From contig OX597816.1 in the NCBI GenBank assembly GCA_951406725.2, positions 13,702,001 through 13,766,000 of the forward strand: 64,000 bases of DNA. The letters are read 5' to 3'. Each line of letters starts with the position of its first letter. The stretch's first letter is position 1. The stretch comes from Octopus vulgaris (taxonomy: Eukaryota). Below are positions 43,108 through 57,979 of this stretch, one piece after another. The notes under the pieces are model-generated. The model made no database searches. It was not told the DNA's origin and saw nothing but the letters and a program-made list of their open reading frames with translations. Both the position numbers and the translations under genes were made by a program.

Positions 43108-46100
43108 TTTAGCAACCGTTGTCCATGCTGGCATGGGTTGGATGATTTGACCAGAGCTGGTAAATTGAAGAGGTTCCAGGTTCCAGTCTAACCTAGCTTG
43201 GCTTCTCTGCCTGGATGCCCTTCCTAATGCTGACCACATCACAGAGTGTGCAGGTTGCTTCTCACATAGTATCAACACCTGTGCTTTTTACAAAGACTGG
43301 CATGGGTGCATTCTATGTGGACAGGCATGGGTGCTCTTTTACATGGACCAGCATGAAAGCCCTTGCAAGGCAAAAAACCTTTTTAGCTGAGAGGGCAACA
43401 TTAACAATTCTGCAGAGGTGGGCAGGTCTTCTTGAGTACAACAAGGCACAAGATATCTCGGTCCTTCGTCATCTCCTTCATAAGTTTCAATGTCCTGAGA
43501 TTGGCCTTCAGTACTTCATCCCAAATCTTATTTGTTCTACCAAGTATCTATCGTATAATACTTGATTTAACAACTAATTACCACATTCTGGATTAATTGG
43601 TGATACAATGTTTTGATCTGGTCATCATCAGGTGATATTTCTGATTGAACCTGGTATTTATATTTTGACTGTCTGAGTCTGTATTCTAATCACCAATTGT
43701 TCAAACACTGCCATTCCGATCACCATTGCCTGTTGTTCTGGAGGACAATAGACTTTGTTACAACAAACATCAATAAAAATTCACCTCCATACACACGAAT
43801 CAACATCCGTGAGGGAACAACTATACGTCTGGTTTGTTCTCAGTCCTTTAGCATTCTTATAAGTCTTGTAAGGCAGTGAGCTGGCAAAAATGCTAGCATG
43901 CCAGGCAAAATCCCTTTGTTGAGAGTTCGAATTCCACTGAGGTCGACTTTGCCTTTCATCCTTTTGGAGTTGATAAATTAAATACCAGTTATGTACTGGG
44001 GTCAATCTAATCAACTAGCCCCTCCCCAAAAATTTCAGGCCTTGTGCCTAGAGTAGAAAATATTCTTATAAGCCTTGTATTACAAATATTTGGTTGTGCT
44101 ATTTGGAGTACTGAACATATTTTCAAGAACATGATTGTTTTGGATACCTTTCTAATATATTTCCAGATCATATTATTCACTTGTAAAAATTTTCCGTTCT
44201 CCTTTCTTTTCTTTCTTGTTTTATACATCGTTCTTGTTATGTGATCTGTGTTATCGCTTCATCTATAAAGTGGAAATGTGCGTGTAGGATTCTATGATTA
44301 CTTTTTTTTGTTTCCCAATGTATAATTTGTAATAACTCTTGTATATTGAAGTGTTCAATAAGAATATTTGCTGGTTGTTTGAAGTATAGGTATTTTGCCT
44401 GATACGCTTTATTTTAGCATGTAATATAATGTGACTACTTTTGAAATGTGCTAACACTGCGAACACGTCTGTGTCGAGTTACTGTGTTTTTTTTCTTTGT
44501 TTTTTTTTTCATGTGTTTGTGTGTGTGTGACCTGTTTCTTTTGACTGGGTCAGGCAATTTTCATGTTGTTTAGTTCTTATATATTGGATTGTGATTCCGT
44601 TTCTGAGAAATTAGAATTTTCGTATTCATTAGTTCAGCTGTTTTAGTCGTCTAGGTAAAGGTTTTATGTTTCTTCATATGAATTTCTCATAGATATCTGG
44701 ATATTATTCAATAAATGATGCTGTCTAAGAAATGAAAATGAGCCGATCGATACGGCTTTGATTTCTTTGAGAATGGAAGTAATTTAGGTATTTTGTTCGG
44801 TATTTTGTAGTTTGCTTCTGTGCATGCGTGTGTACATGTGTGTGTGTGTGTGTGTGTGTTCAGTTTATGTCATTAGCCTGTGTTCAGAATGAGATGACTG
44901 GGCAAGGCTGTTAGGACACTGTTGATTTTTATATGTTTGACTGGACATTCAGCTACTTTTGCCAACAGTGCTTTTTGGTACTTTTTATTTTTTGTACTCT
45001 AGGCACAAAGCCCGAAATTTGGGGGGAGGGGCTAGTCGATTACATCGACCCCAGTATGCTACAGGTATTTAATTTATCGACTCCAAAAGGATGAAAGGAA
45101 AAGTTGACCTCGGCGGAATTTGAACTCAGAATGTAAAGAGACGAAATACCTATTTCTTTACTACCCACAAGGGGCTAAACACAGAGGGGACAAACAAGGA
45201 CAAACAAATGGATTGAGTCAATTACATTGACACCAGTGCGTAACTGGTGCTTAATTTATCGACTCTGAAAGGATGAAAGGCAAAGTCAACCTCGGCAAAA
45301 TTTCAACTCAGAACGTAACAGCAGACAAAATACGGCTACGCATTTCGCCCAGCATGCTAACGTTTCTGCCAGCTCGCCACCCTAGTACGTTTTTGGTACT
45401 GGAGGCAAATTCATACTGTTGTGGAATGATTTTGACCACCCCCAAGTGACCAAAAGTGGACTGACACATTGCTGCAAGCAGAACAATCAGTAGTTCAGGG
45501 GAAGCAGTTTACTGTGAGCCACAGGCAGAGAACATTTAACCTCATTTAACAGTAACAATAGTGCATCATGTGAATAATTTCTTTACCCCCTGTTTCATTA
45601 AATTATATGCCCCAGCATGGCCACAGCTCATGAGCTGAAACTGGAATCAATCAATCAATCAATCAATCATATCCAACACATCATCATCATCGTCGTCGTC
45701 ATTTAACATCAGCTTTCCATGCTGGTATGGGTTGGACAATTTGACTAAGGTCTGGTGAACCAGATGGCTGCACCAGGCTCCAATCTTGATCTGGCAGAGT
45801 TTTTACAGCTGGATGCCCTTCCTAACACCAACCACTCCGAGAGTGTAGTGAGTGCTTTTACATGCCACCTGCATGGGGCCAGTCAAGCGTTACTGGCAAC
45901 GACCTCGCTTGAATCTCTTACACATGCCACCGGCACAGGTGCCAGTAAGGCGATGTTGGTAACGACCATGTTCGAATGGTGTCTTTTACGTGCCACCGGC
46001 ACGGAGGCCAGATAGCCTCTCTGGCAATGATCATGCTCGGATGGTGCCCTTAATACCCTACTAGCATGGGGCTCGAGTGCCAGTAAGGCGATGCTGGTAA

Positions 46101-46569
46101 CGATCACACTCGAATGGTGCCTTTTAAGTGCCACTGGCATGGAAGCCGGTTAGCCACTCTGTCAATGATCACACTCGTATGGTGCTCTTTGCACCTTGCT
46201 AGCATGGACGCCAGCCATCGATAGAATATAAAATATACCCAAACACACTCATACACACACACACCTATACACTTATATAAACAACAGGTTTCTTTCAGTT
46301 TCCCTACCAAATCCATGGAAAACACTTAAGTTGGTACAGCTAAAGCATGCCATGCAGTGGGACCAAACCCAAAACCACATGGATGGGAAACAGACTTCTT
46401 AACCACTCAGCTTCACCTATACCTATACAGCCTGTTAACCACACAGCCACAACTGTGCTGACATTTATAATAAAATGTATAAACTAAGACATAGACAAAG
46501 ATATAAATATAAACATAAATAAAATTTCCAGCTTAATGATAAACGAGATATACAATAAATTCAACGAAC

Positions 46570-46741
46570 ATCATCCCATTGTCTTGCTTTCACCCAGAGA
46601 TTAATTATCGACTTTATATCTCCAATTTTGTGATACACTTCGGCAGCCAGGGAATACTTCTCCATTTTCATCAGGTAACTTCCGCAGAGATTCAAAATCT
46701 CTTGATCTGTTTTGTCAAGTTTACGTGCCAAACGAATGAGC
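46570..46741 (-). CDS. IFT122: IFT122 coding exon, 172 nt: (M)LIRLARKLDKTDQEILNLCGSYLMKMEKYSLAAEVYHKIGDIKSIINLWVKARQWDD
   Basis: Resembles human MLIDIARKLDKAE...[27 protein letters not shown]; acceptor tttcag, donor GTTCGT. Confidence 0.93.
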
Positions 46742-47774
46742 CTGAAATAGGAATAAGTAAAAACAATTACAGTAATGTACAAATCAATATTAATTTTTTT
46801 TTTTTTGACTTCTATACTCACAGATATAAAACTATTTTGAAATGGAAACCAAACATAACTAAGAACTCACTCTATGAAATCAGAAAGCCTTAAGTTGAAA
46901 GCTGTAAGTTAATTATTAATATATCATTTTGACATACTCGTTAACTTGAGCTACAGTTAAAAGGATGTAATTTACATCCAGCTAGGTTGAAGTAACAACA
47001 GTGGTAGTGGCAGTGATAGAATTAGTAGAGGTGGTGGTGGTGGTGGTGGTGGTGGTAGTAGTAGTAGGTGCATTTATATAGGTGTGTATGTATATATGTA
47101 CATACATCATCATCATCATCATCATCATCGTTTAGCGTCCGCTTTCCATGCTAGCATGGGTTAGACGGTTCAACTGGGGTCTGGGAAGCCAGAAGGCTGC
47201 ACCAGGCCCAGTTTGATCTGGCAATGTTTCTACGGCTGGATGCCCTTCCTAACGCCAACCACTTCATGAGTGTAGTGGGTGCTTTTTACGTGCCACCAGC
47301 ACGGAGACTAGACGATGCTGGCAACGGCCATGATCGGATGGTGCTTTTTATGTGCCACCGGCACAGGGGCCAGGCAAGGCTGGCAACGGCCATGAACGGA
47401 TGGTGCTTTTTACGTGCCACCGGCACGAGGCCAGTCGGGGTGGCGCTGGCAATGGCCACGTTCGGATGGTTCTCTTACGTTCCACCGGCACATATTCTCT
47501 GAATGAAGTGTATGTATAAATAATTGTGTGTATATATGTGTGTGTGTGTCGAATTAAAAGTACTGGTATTGGTGCCACATTAGAAAAACACCCAGTATGC
47601 TCTGTGGAGTGGTTGGCATCAGGAAGGACATCCAGCTGTAGAAACCATTCCAGAAAAGATAATGGAACCTTGTGCGGTCCTGGCATTACCAGCTCCAGTC
47701 AAACCATCCAACCCATACCTGCATGGAAATCAGATGTTAAATGATGATAATGATGATATATGTGTGTGTACTAC

Positions 47775-47805
<31 letters not shown>

Positions 47806-49656
47806 ATTGATAAACACACGCACACACATATATAAACACCTATTCACTGAGGGATGCACGTACACCAGTTGTAGAGTATCCCACCCATCAGGGAGCAATG
47901 CTAGGTGGGTAGAAACAATTGTAGTGCTTAATAAAGATTCCTGAACCTTCCATCTTCCATCTCACATTAATTGTGTGTGCGTGTGTGCGTGTGTGTATGT
48001 GTGTGTGTGTGTGTGTGTATAAAATCATCATCATCATCATTTAACATCCACTTTCCATGGGCTGGATGTATTGACAGGAGCTGCACCAGACTCCATCCTC
48101 AGTTTTGGCATGCCTTCTACAGCTGGACATTCTTCCTAATGCCAACCATTTTACAGTTCATACTGGATGATTTTTATGTGGCACCAGCATCAGAGCTACA
48201 TTTATATCACAGAGAACCTCTCAAAACTAGAAAACCTTTAAGTATTATCCCAGTCATATAAGACCACCAATGAAGGCAATCATACTATATCAATGTAAGT
48301 AATAATAATAAACATGAAGTCTTTAACAAGTTCAACCTAACGAGAATGAAGAACAGGTCAGAATACTAAGACTGTAAGATATAACCAGTACATCAACTAT
48401 ATATTCCCATCATCAGCTGCCTATTGGATATCACTATAGTTTTGACAACTGGGTAGTAACATTCAATCTGGCAGTGTCAACAGCATTAAAAACATAAATG
48501 CTGGTAGGGAACCAAGAGACAAACAGCAGGAGTAAAACACTAGTGTAATATACCCATTACAAATACACCTGCTAATATTTACATGGAATATAAACAAAAT
48601 CTTATTAAACCTATAGCTACTAAGCATAGAAATTAAAAAGTAGTATCTATAAAACATAAAAATATCTCCCAAAAAGGACATTGCGATCTCAAAAATTATA
48701 GAATAAATTACAAGAAGTGTACCTTGGATCGTAGGGCAACCTGCTGTGCTTGAGGAGACCTAATGAGTCAAGTACCTCAACATCAAAATAAAAATCAAAT
48801 GTAGTTGTGATACCTGTGCTAGTGGCACATAAAAAGCACCATCTGAATGTGGCTGATGCCAGCACTGCCTTGACTGCCGTCCATGCCGGTGGCACATAAA
48901 AAGCACCAACTGATTGTGGCCGTTGCCAGCCCTCTCTGGCCCCTGTGCCAGTGGCACATAAAAAGCACCCACTACACTCATGGAGTGGTTGGCATTAAGA
49001 AGGGCATCCAGCTGTAGAAACTGCCAGATGAGACTGAAGCTTGGAGCAGCCTCCTGGCTTCCCAGACCCCAGTCGAACCATCCAGCCCATGCTAGCATGG
49101 AAGACGGACATTAAACGATGATGATGATGATGATGATGTACTATATGCATTGCGGAAAATCTACTGATATATCACTGCTACATAACATGGAAAGTAGTCA
49201 TAACTGAAAGATTAAAAGAGCCAAGGACTTCAAACATTTAGATTAATTAATGAACAAAGACCAATAGATATGCTGTTTCACATTCTATAGCACGTTCCAG
49301 AGATGAAGACATGTCAAAAGTGAAGTGAATGTAAACTGGCAGAACAATTTACCGTTTAACCGTCAGGCAATAAATGACGCCCCCCCCCCAACCATCCCAA
49401 AAAAAACCATGCAGCATGGGAATAGAACAACATAGATCAATCATCATCATCATCATCATCACTTTAAAGTCACTTGTCCATGCAGGCATAGGTTGAACAG
49501 TTTGACTGGGGCTGGTAAGCTGGAATGCGCTGTACCAGACTCCAGTGTTCTACAGCTGGATACCTTTCCTACTGCCAACCACTCTGAGAGTGTAAGATAT
49601 ATATATATTTTTTTTCTAGTTTCAGCTCAGAGCTGCGGCCATGCTGATGCACTGCC

Positions 49657-49690
<34 letters not shown>

Positions 49691-50100
49691 TCTTTTTTTT
49701 TTTTTACTTGTTTCAGTCATTTGACTGCAGCCATGCTGGAGCACTGCCTGTAGTCGAGCAAATCGACCCCGGGACTTATTCTTTGTAAGCCTAGTACTTA
49801 TTCTATCAGTCTCTTTTGCCAAACCGCTAAGTAACGGGGACATAAACACATCGGCATCGGTTGTCAAGCAATGCTAGGGGGACAAACACAGACACACAAA
49901 CACACACACGCATATATATATATACATATATACGACGGGCTTCTTTCAGTTTCCGTCTACCAAATCCACTCACAAGGCTTTGGTCGGCCTGAGGCTATAG
50001 TAGAAGACACTTGCCTGAGGTGCCACGCAGTGGGACTGAACCCCAGAACCATGTGGTTGGTAAACAAGCTACTTACCACACAGCCACTCCTGCGCCTGTA

Positions 50101-50378
50101 TTGATAAAAATGGTAAGACAACAAAAGAATGAAAGAGACCTCGATATTATGTAAAGAGAGGAATTTATCTGTAAATGTAATATGTGACAATTATTCGGTA
50201 GCTGTGATAAAACTCTGAGTTTCGGGTGCCGAGGTGGAAATCCATGCTGCCATCTCTTCAGTTATCCGGCCATCGGAAAAATGCTTTTTCATAGCATTTT
50301 TCCGATGGCCAAATTACTGAAGAGATGGCAGCATGGATTTCCACCTCGGCACCTGAAACTCGGAGTTTTATCATGGCT

Positions 50379-50382
<4 letters not shown>
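50101..50382. mobile_element. PLE-type fold-back with hammerhead motif (50206-50266, minus)
   Basis: Inverted arms 50196-50382 ending in (AT)n; GATAA-CTGAAGA-GATG..-GAAA-CTCAGAG-TT-TTATC. Confidence 0.7.
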
Positions 50383-50434
<52 letters not shown>

Positions 50435-50633
50435 CATAGCTGTAGCTAGTGCGCCCTGACTCGCTCCCATTCCAGTGACATGTAAAATGCATCATTCAAA
50501 CATGGTCAATACCAGTGTCCCCTGACTGGTTCCTGTGCCAGTGGCATCTAAAAAGTACCTACTACACTGTCAGAGTGGATGGCGTTAGGAAGGGTATCCA
50601 GCTGCAGAAACATTGTCAGATCAGACTGGAGCA

Positions 50634-50664
<31 letters not shown>

Positions 50665-52208
50665 TCTTTTATTCTTTTACTTTTTTCAGTCACTTGACTG
50701 TAGCCATGCTGGAGCACCACCTTTAGGCGAACAAATCAACCATGAGACTTATCATTTGTAAGCCTAGTACTTATTCTATCAGTCTCTTTTGCCAAACTGC
50801 TAAGTTATAGGGACATAAACGCATCGGCATCGCCTGTCAAGTGATGTTGAGGGTGGGGACAAATACAGATACACAAACACACACACACACACATACACAT
50901 ATGATGGGTTCTTTCAGTTTATCTCTACCAAATCCACTCACAAGGTTTTGGTCAACCCAAGGCTATAGTAGAAGACATTTGCCCAATGTGCTACGCAGTG
51001 GGTCTGAACCTGGAACGATGTGGTTGGTAAGTAAGCTACCTACTACACAGCCACTCCACGAAACTAACCAAATAAATTTGCTGTTATAGAAAAAACTCGT
51101 AAATAATATAAAATATAGATATGATAAAAAAGTTCCAAATCATAACAATTTGCAAACATAAATAAAATGGACTAACTGCAAGCAAACTGAATAATCTATA
51201 ATTTAACCATAACATACTGATTTTCTACAACTTGTGAACAGTTAAAAATAAACCTGTAACTGCTGAATAAACATAATTATAGAAAGTACTTAAACTAGCA
51301 TTGCCCCCATAAACCTTTGAATATTGAAAAAAAAAAAGGACTGAAAAAAACGAAATTGTAACAAATATATTCTAAATTTAAAATAACTAAACATCACCTG
51401 CTGAAAAGAAATTAATGGAAGCATATACATCTTAATGTCATTGCTGTCAAAATACCAAAATACAGCTGTCTTTAATAATTATGCACAACAAGGTAAGAAT
51501 TAGAAAACCTAAGACAAATTTAAAGTAATTAAACTACAGTCAAGTGATATGCCACAATAATTTAAATGTAGACTGATAGATCTTGTTATTCTCTTTATAC
51601 ACAAGCAACTAGGTTAGGCTAAGTTCTATTTTATGTTTGATATAAAGAAATGCTTCCTATCAGCTATGTACATGGGGAGTGAAATGAGGAAGTATTACTC
51701 CTTTGTTGAATGAACCATGAAGCATGTCAGGGCAATCTTCTTTATTTTTCTGTGTATTAAGAAAATAAAATATATTATTAGCTGTTTAAAGGTTCAGAAT
51801 AAAATGCTTAAAACTGTGGTTTAGCTACTTTAAATTTATGCATAGGCATAGACTGTAAGGTTAACAAGTTCACCATTCAACCACATTTCTGGGTTTGTTC
51901 CACTGCATTGCACTTTGAGCAAATTTTTTTCTACTACCAAAGCTCTATGAAAGGTGGACAAAAGCTGAAGGCACAGGAGTGGCTGTGTAGTAAGTAGCTT
52001 GCTTACCAACCACATGGTTCTGGGTTCAGTCCCACTACGTGGCACCTTGGACAAGCGCCTTATACTATAGCCTCAGGTCGACCAAAGCCTTGTGAGTGGA
52101 TTTGGTAGACGGAAACTGAAAGAAGCTCGTCGTATATATGTATATATATATATATATATATATCTATCTATCTATCAATATAGATATTTCTATTTATATA
52201 TATATAAG

Positions 52209-52253
<45 letters not shown>

Positions 52254-52254
<1 letters not shown>

Positions 52255-52701
52255 ATCCATAAATGAGGGCAAAGGAAAAAAATTCTAATGCCAAATATGC
52301 CAAAAAATTGGACATATTGTCCATTAACCATATAATTTTTTTCACAATACGCATGCTACCCGAAAAAAGGTCGACAGAAATTTCTAAAAAATTCCATTAT
52401 TATCATATCGGACCGATTTCAGAGTTAGCTACTAAGAGCCCTGTCTTCGTCAGTGATACATGTGGCAAAAGAAATAAATGAAATACTTACTCATAACCAT
52501 CACTGACGAAGAGAGGGCTCTTAGTAGCTAACTCTGAAATCGGTCCGATATGGTAATAATGGAATGTTTTAGAAATTTCTGTCGACCTTTTTTCAAGTAG
52601 TGTGCGTATTGGGAAAAAATTATATGGTTAATGGACAATATGTCCAATTTTTCGGCATATTTGGCATTAGAAATTTTTTCCTTTGCCCTCATTTATGAAT
52701 T
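52254..52701. mobile_element. PLE-type fold-back (about 200-bp arms) with hammerhead motif
   Basis: CTGACGA-AGAG..CTCT-GAAA-TCGG-TC at 52503-52545 (plus), mirrored in the left arm; inserted in the (AT)n middle of a SINE. Confidence 0.72.
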
Positions 52702-52809
52702 GTTTATAAATTTAACCGTTAAAGGTATTTTTTAATATGCTGGCCATTGATAAAATTCTTTTCAAGAAAATATAATTTTTTTTCAAAAAGAATTTTATCC
52801 TCACATTTG

Positions 52810-52864
<55 letters not shown>

Positions 52865-53388
52865 TGTATGTATGTATGTATGTATGTATGTGTGTGTGTG
52901 TGTGTGTGTCTGTGTTTGTCCCCTCAACATTGCTTGACAACCGATGCTGGTGTGTTTACGTCCCCGTCACAATTAGCGGTTCAGCAAAAGAGACCAATAG
53001 AATAAGTACTAGGCTTACAAAGAATAACTCCTGGGGTTGATTTGCTCGACTAAAGGCGGTGCTCCGGCATGGCCACAGTCAAATGACTGAAACAAGCAAA
53101 AGAGTAAAAGAGAGAACACCGCCATGTGCGTAGACACGTGTTTGTGTGCGTGACAACAAAGCAAGTGTGACAGCAAAAGAACTAGTCCTCGATATCATTG
53201 GAAATAAAGAACTAAGTTTACTATAGGACTCAGGAAGGGAACACTTGCAATTACAACTCTGAGTTTTTGTGCAGTAACTCAATAAGCGTTGCAAGTTTGA
53301 CAAATGTTTCATCAACTTCTGCCAGATTGTTGAATGTTTACTGCATAATTAATATGGGAGAAAACATTGTATTAAGCATATAATATAA

Positions 53389-53781
53389 CTAGCAGTATCG
53401 CCCGGCGTTGCTCGGGTTTGTTTCGACCCTTTAGAATTGGAATTTTTGAAAAGTAAAAATTTTCCATTATGTAGCTTGTTATTCTCTTTAAGTGAACATT
53501 TTTCTGGTTGAAATACACTGAAAAATGGTGACACAGCAGTAAAAAAATCCGTAAAAAATAGGGATTTTCATAGAAAAAAAGCACCTTTTTGATGTAAATA
53601 ATTTTTGGTGTTAACATGGTCCGATTTGAATTTTTTCTTCTACAGAAGGAAGAGCAACCCTTCTTCTAACATACTCTCAATTTAGGTTAACTTACGCTGC
53701 AGGGTCTCAGAGGAGATAGTGTTAGTTGAAGGATACCAAACCTGCCATACGCAGACAACTTCAGCTTTATATATAGAGAGA
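53389..53781 (-). mobile_element. Non-autonomous Helitron-like element
   Basis: Same 3' end (CCCGAGCAACGCCGGGCGATACTGCTAG) as 38371 but a different body. Confidence 0.75.
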
Positions 53782-54462
53782 TCTTACGAAACTTGCAGAA
53801 GATGATCAAGTGCAGTATTTATTGAGTTGTTGAATGGAAACTAAGTCTTGGTAGTAAGTGTTCTACACCTATGACAACTAAGGAATATATATTCTGACAC
53901 TCGTTGACGTGTATCGAAGAAACCAAAGAACAAAAGAAAAAAGGAGAAAAAAGAAACGCACTCAACACCAGAGCTGAAGACACCACTGAAAGTAGGGGGA
54001 GGGGGGCTATCACGTCGAAAACAGTTGAAGAGTAGGGGCCAAAACCAGACGTGGTTCCTCCTGATGATGTCTTTAGCCACTGGATCCTATATAGGAGCTG
54101 TTGAGGTAACGAACCACAAAACATGGTTGGAATTCCTTAGAGGCATCTAAGGAAGACCAGTATTAAAAGAGTTAAGGCAACATATAGTCTCACTAATCAG
54201 AAAACTGACAGACATGTAAACTTTAACATGTTTGTAACAGGTTTGTATGTATCTTTTTATTCTTTTACTTGTTTTAGTCATTTGACCATGGCCATGCTGG
54301 AAAACCACCTTTAGTTGAGCAAATCAACCCCAGGACTTCTTTTTTGTAAGCCTGGTACTTATTCTATCGGACTCTTTTGCCAAATCACTAAGTTACAGTG
54401 ACGTAAACACACCAGAATCGGTTGTCAAGCGATGTTGGGGGGAACAAGCACACACACATGCT

Positions 54463-54497
<35 letters not shown>

Positions 54498-54822
54498 CAT
54501 CATCATCATCACCATCGTTTAACGTCCACTTTCCATGCTGGACAATTTGACTGAGGACTCATGGACTAGATGGCTGCACCAGGCTCCAATCTTGATCTGG
54601 CAGAGTTTCTACAGCTGGATGCTCTTCCTAACGCCAACCACTCCAAGAGTGTAGCGAGTGCTTTTACATGCCACCAGCACAAGGGCCAGTCAGGCAGTAC
54701 TGGCAACCGCCACGCTCAAATGTTGCTTTTTATGTGCCACCTGCACAGGAACCAGTCCAGCGGCACTGGCAATGACCTTGCTCAAATGAATGTTTTTTCA
54801 CATGCCAGTAAGGCAATGCCAG

Positions 54823-54856
<34 letters not shown>

Positions 54857-55199
54857 TATATGTGATGGGCTTCTTTCAGTATGTATGGGTTGCTTTTGTT
54901 TCCTTGTTTCCTTTTCAACTGTGACTGTTACAGGTTTGCGAAATTGATACTTGTTGGTGGAACGCACTGAGAAAAATCATTGAATCAGAAGATTTGGAGG
55001 CAATAATTACCCTATTTAACAGATATTCCCCTCCAGCAATGAACTCGTTTCGACGAATGTGTGTTTGACAGCAAGAAAAATACATGAACGAGAAACTATT
55101 TACAGCAGAGATTCTGTGTCCATAGCAACAGGTAAAGAAATTTTGAATTACAATGAAGAAGAAAAAAACATTGTTGGAAAGGAGAAGCTTAGTAATATC

Positions 55200-55253
<54 letters not shown>

Positions 55254-57979
55254 CATATATACATGAGCATGTCTAGATATGCAACTATATGCATAAGAAT
55301 ACATTCATGAAGCCAAACATCCAAATCTGTACACAAGTGTGGCTGTGTGGTAAGTAGCTCGCTTACCAACCACATGGTTCCGGGTTCAGTCCCACTGCAT
55401 GGCACATTGGGCATGTGTCTTCTACTATAGCCTCGAGCTGACCAAAGCTGTGTGAGTGGATTTGGTAGATAGAAACTGAAAGAAGCCTGTCGTATATATA
55501 AATATGTGTGTGTGTGTGTGTGTGTGTGTCTGTGTTTGTCCCCTCCTCCAACATTGCTTGACAACCAATGCTGGTGTGTTTAAGTCCCCGTAACTTAGTG
55601 GTTCAGCAAAAGAGACCGACAGAATAAGTACAAGACTTACAAAAACGAAGTCCTGAGGTCGATTTGCTTGTCTAAAGGCGATGCTCCAGCATAGCTGCAG
55701 TCAAATGCCGGAAGCAAGTAAAAGAATAAAAGAATACATACACACATACATACAAACAAAAATACCCTGTTGTTGATGTTGAAATTCCAGTGAAGAAGCC
55801 TTGGATCTAGGTTAGAAACCAGTTCTTTCTCTATTGGCAAGAAATCTTGAAATAAACTGAATAATGACATACATACATTTGCATATATTATCTCTTCTCA
55901 TGCATTACACCTATCTTATTTCTCTCCTTTGCTCCTGCAGTCTATCCAAACACATTATATCTGTCTTTCTCTCTCTCTCTTCTCTATATAGTTACTATAT
56001 AGTTACTATATCAACTATATAGTTACTACCATGCTGCAATTGTCCATTTTATCACCTTCATTTCATGCACCCCTGCTCCCTCAACCCTCACAGATGCTGC
56101 CTACCACCCCTCCCACTTCTATCTTTTCCCCCACCACACTCTTGCAAACACCCATTCCTCACCCCCACCTGCTATTACTCTGCTTACCTGAGTTTCCACC
56201 TGGACACCTCATCCTTCTTGGAGACACCTCTAATTCCTTTCCACTCTCCCTCTCTTAATTATGAGTAGCCATGTAGCTCTTCTACAGCAAGCACCTGCTC
56301 TAATCCAAACACTTCCCTCATACCTTTACTCCCATGTAGCATACACAGGCAACATCATCCCTTCCTGGGATTGCTGACTTGCAAGGTACATGGTGACCCC
56401 ACTAGTGCTGGTGGCACAAAAAGCGCCTCCAGCATATATTGTAAAGTGGCTGGTGCTAAGAGATTCAACCATAGAAACCATGCCAGAGTAAACGCTGGGA
56501 TATGATATCCTTGACTCACTGCATCCTTGTTGAACAATCCAACCTATACCAGCATGAAATGTAGACATAAAATGTTGATTGTGATGATGATGATTAAGTG
56601 CTGGTGTGTGTGTGTGTGTGGTGAGAACTTTGCTTTCCAACCACATGGTTCCAGGTTCAATCCCACTGTATGACACCAAAGTGTTTAAGAGTGGATTTGG
56701 TTGGCAAAAGCTAAAAGAAGCCCAGCATGCATGTGTGTCTGAGTATGTGTGTGTGTATATGTGTGAGTGTATGTGTGTGTGTGGGTGAGTGTGTGTGCTG
56801 TGTTTGTTCCTCACTAGTGTTGGTTTGTTTATGTCCCCCCATAACTTAACAGTTTGATAAAAGAGTGTGACAGCATAAGTACAATAGGACAAATTTATTA
56901 CAATAGGACAAATTTATATTATTCAATTTCAAACGAAGCTTATAAGAAAAGAACTGGGATCGATTCATTTGCCTAAAAACTCTTCAAGGCAGTGCCCCAG
57001 CATGGCCACAGTCTAATGACTGAAACAAGCAAAATGTAAAAAGAATATAATCAATGACAAAATTCTAAATAAGTAGGAACTGACACCTTCCCTAGAATGA
57101 TAACCAGAAAAGGTTGGAACAGATTCTGTACCAAGTGATAACAGATAGAAAATATATAACAGGAATTGTAAATAATTGCAAGATTAGTGTACGATGATTA
57201 ACAGCTGTTCAGAATACAATAACTTTCTCTCCCTTCACGAATTTCAGTGGCCTACTGGGAAAGTACATTATCAATGATTTTTGTGGTGCTAAGTGGATGG
57301 AAGAAAATCACCCACTGAATAGAATGCTAGTCTATTGGAAATATTACATTTCCCATAGGAAGAACTATACAGAGTATCACAAGCCAATAAATCACTCATA
57401 AATTTTACATTGCAGCTGCTGTTTCCAACAGTGAATTTATATCAGACTACTTAATGTTATTCGGATATTGCAGCTTGCTGGCTTATTTAGAGCTGCTTGG
57501 ATACTGCAATGTCTCCGTGACAAAATATGGAATAACAACCTCCTGACCGATTCTCCATTGCCCTTTTAAACTCGGTCATCTACCCATAGTAACAAAACCA
57601 AAATTTAATATTTTCCATTGTAACTTCTTTTAGTGAAGAGATTGCACCGAAGTTATTTTGCACTCATGTCTTGACTTGTTCAAACAAGATATATAAAAAG
57701 GGCTAAGAATGATCCGTCCTGGTTTTTCCTGTCTGTCTTTGTGTCGTCTATCTGCCTGTGTGTTTTTATTGTCGTCCATTATGTTCTTATTCTGTTTTTT
57801 GGATTTATATATATATATATAAATAACGTGAAGTATATTTGCCACTTAAATGTGGCTAACCCTTAAGGGTGGATACTACTGTCGCTTGTAGCCCCAGGAG
57901 AACACCTCCTCCAGTTGGCTATTGACACACTTTCCCATCTTTCCCATCTTCAATCTGACATGATACCCATGGACTCGAG

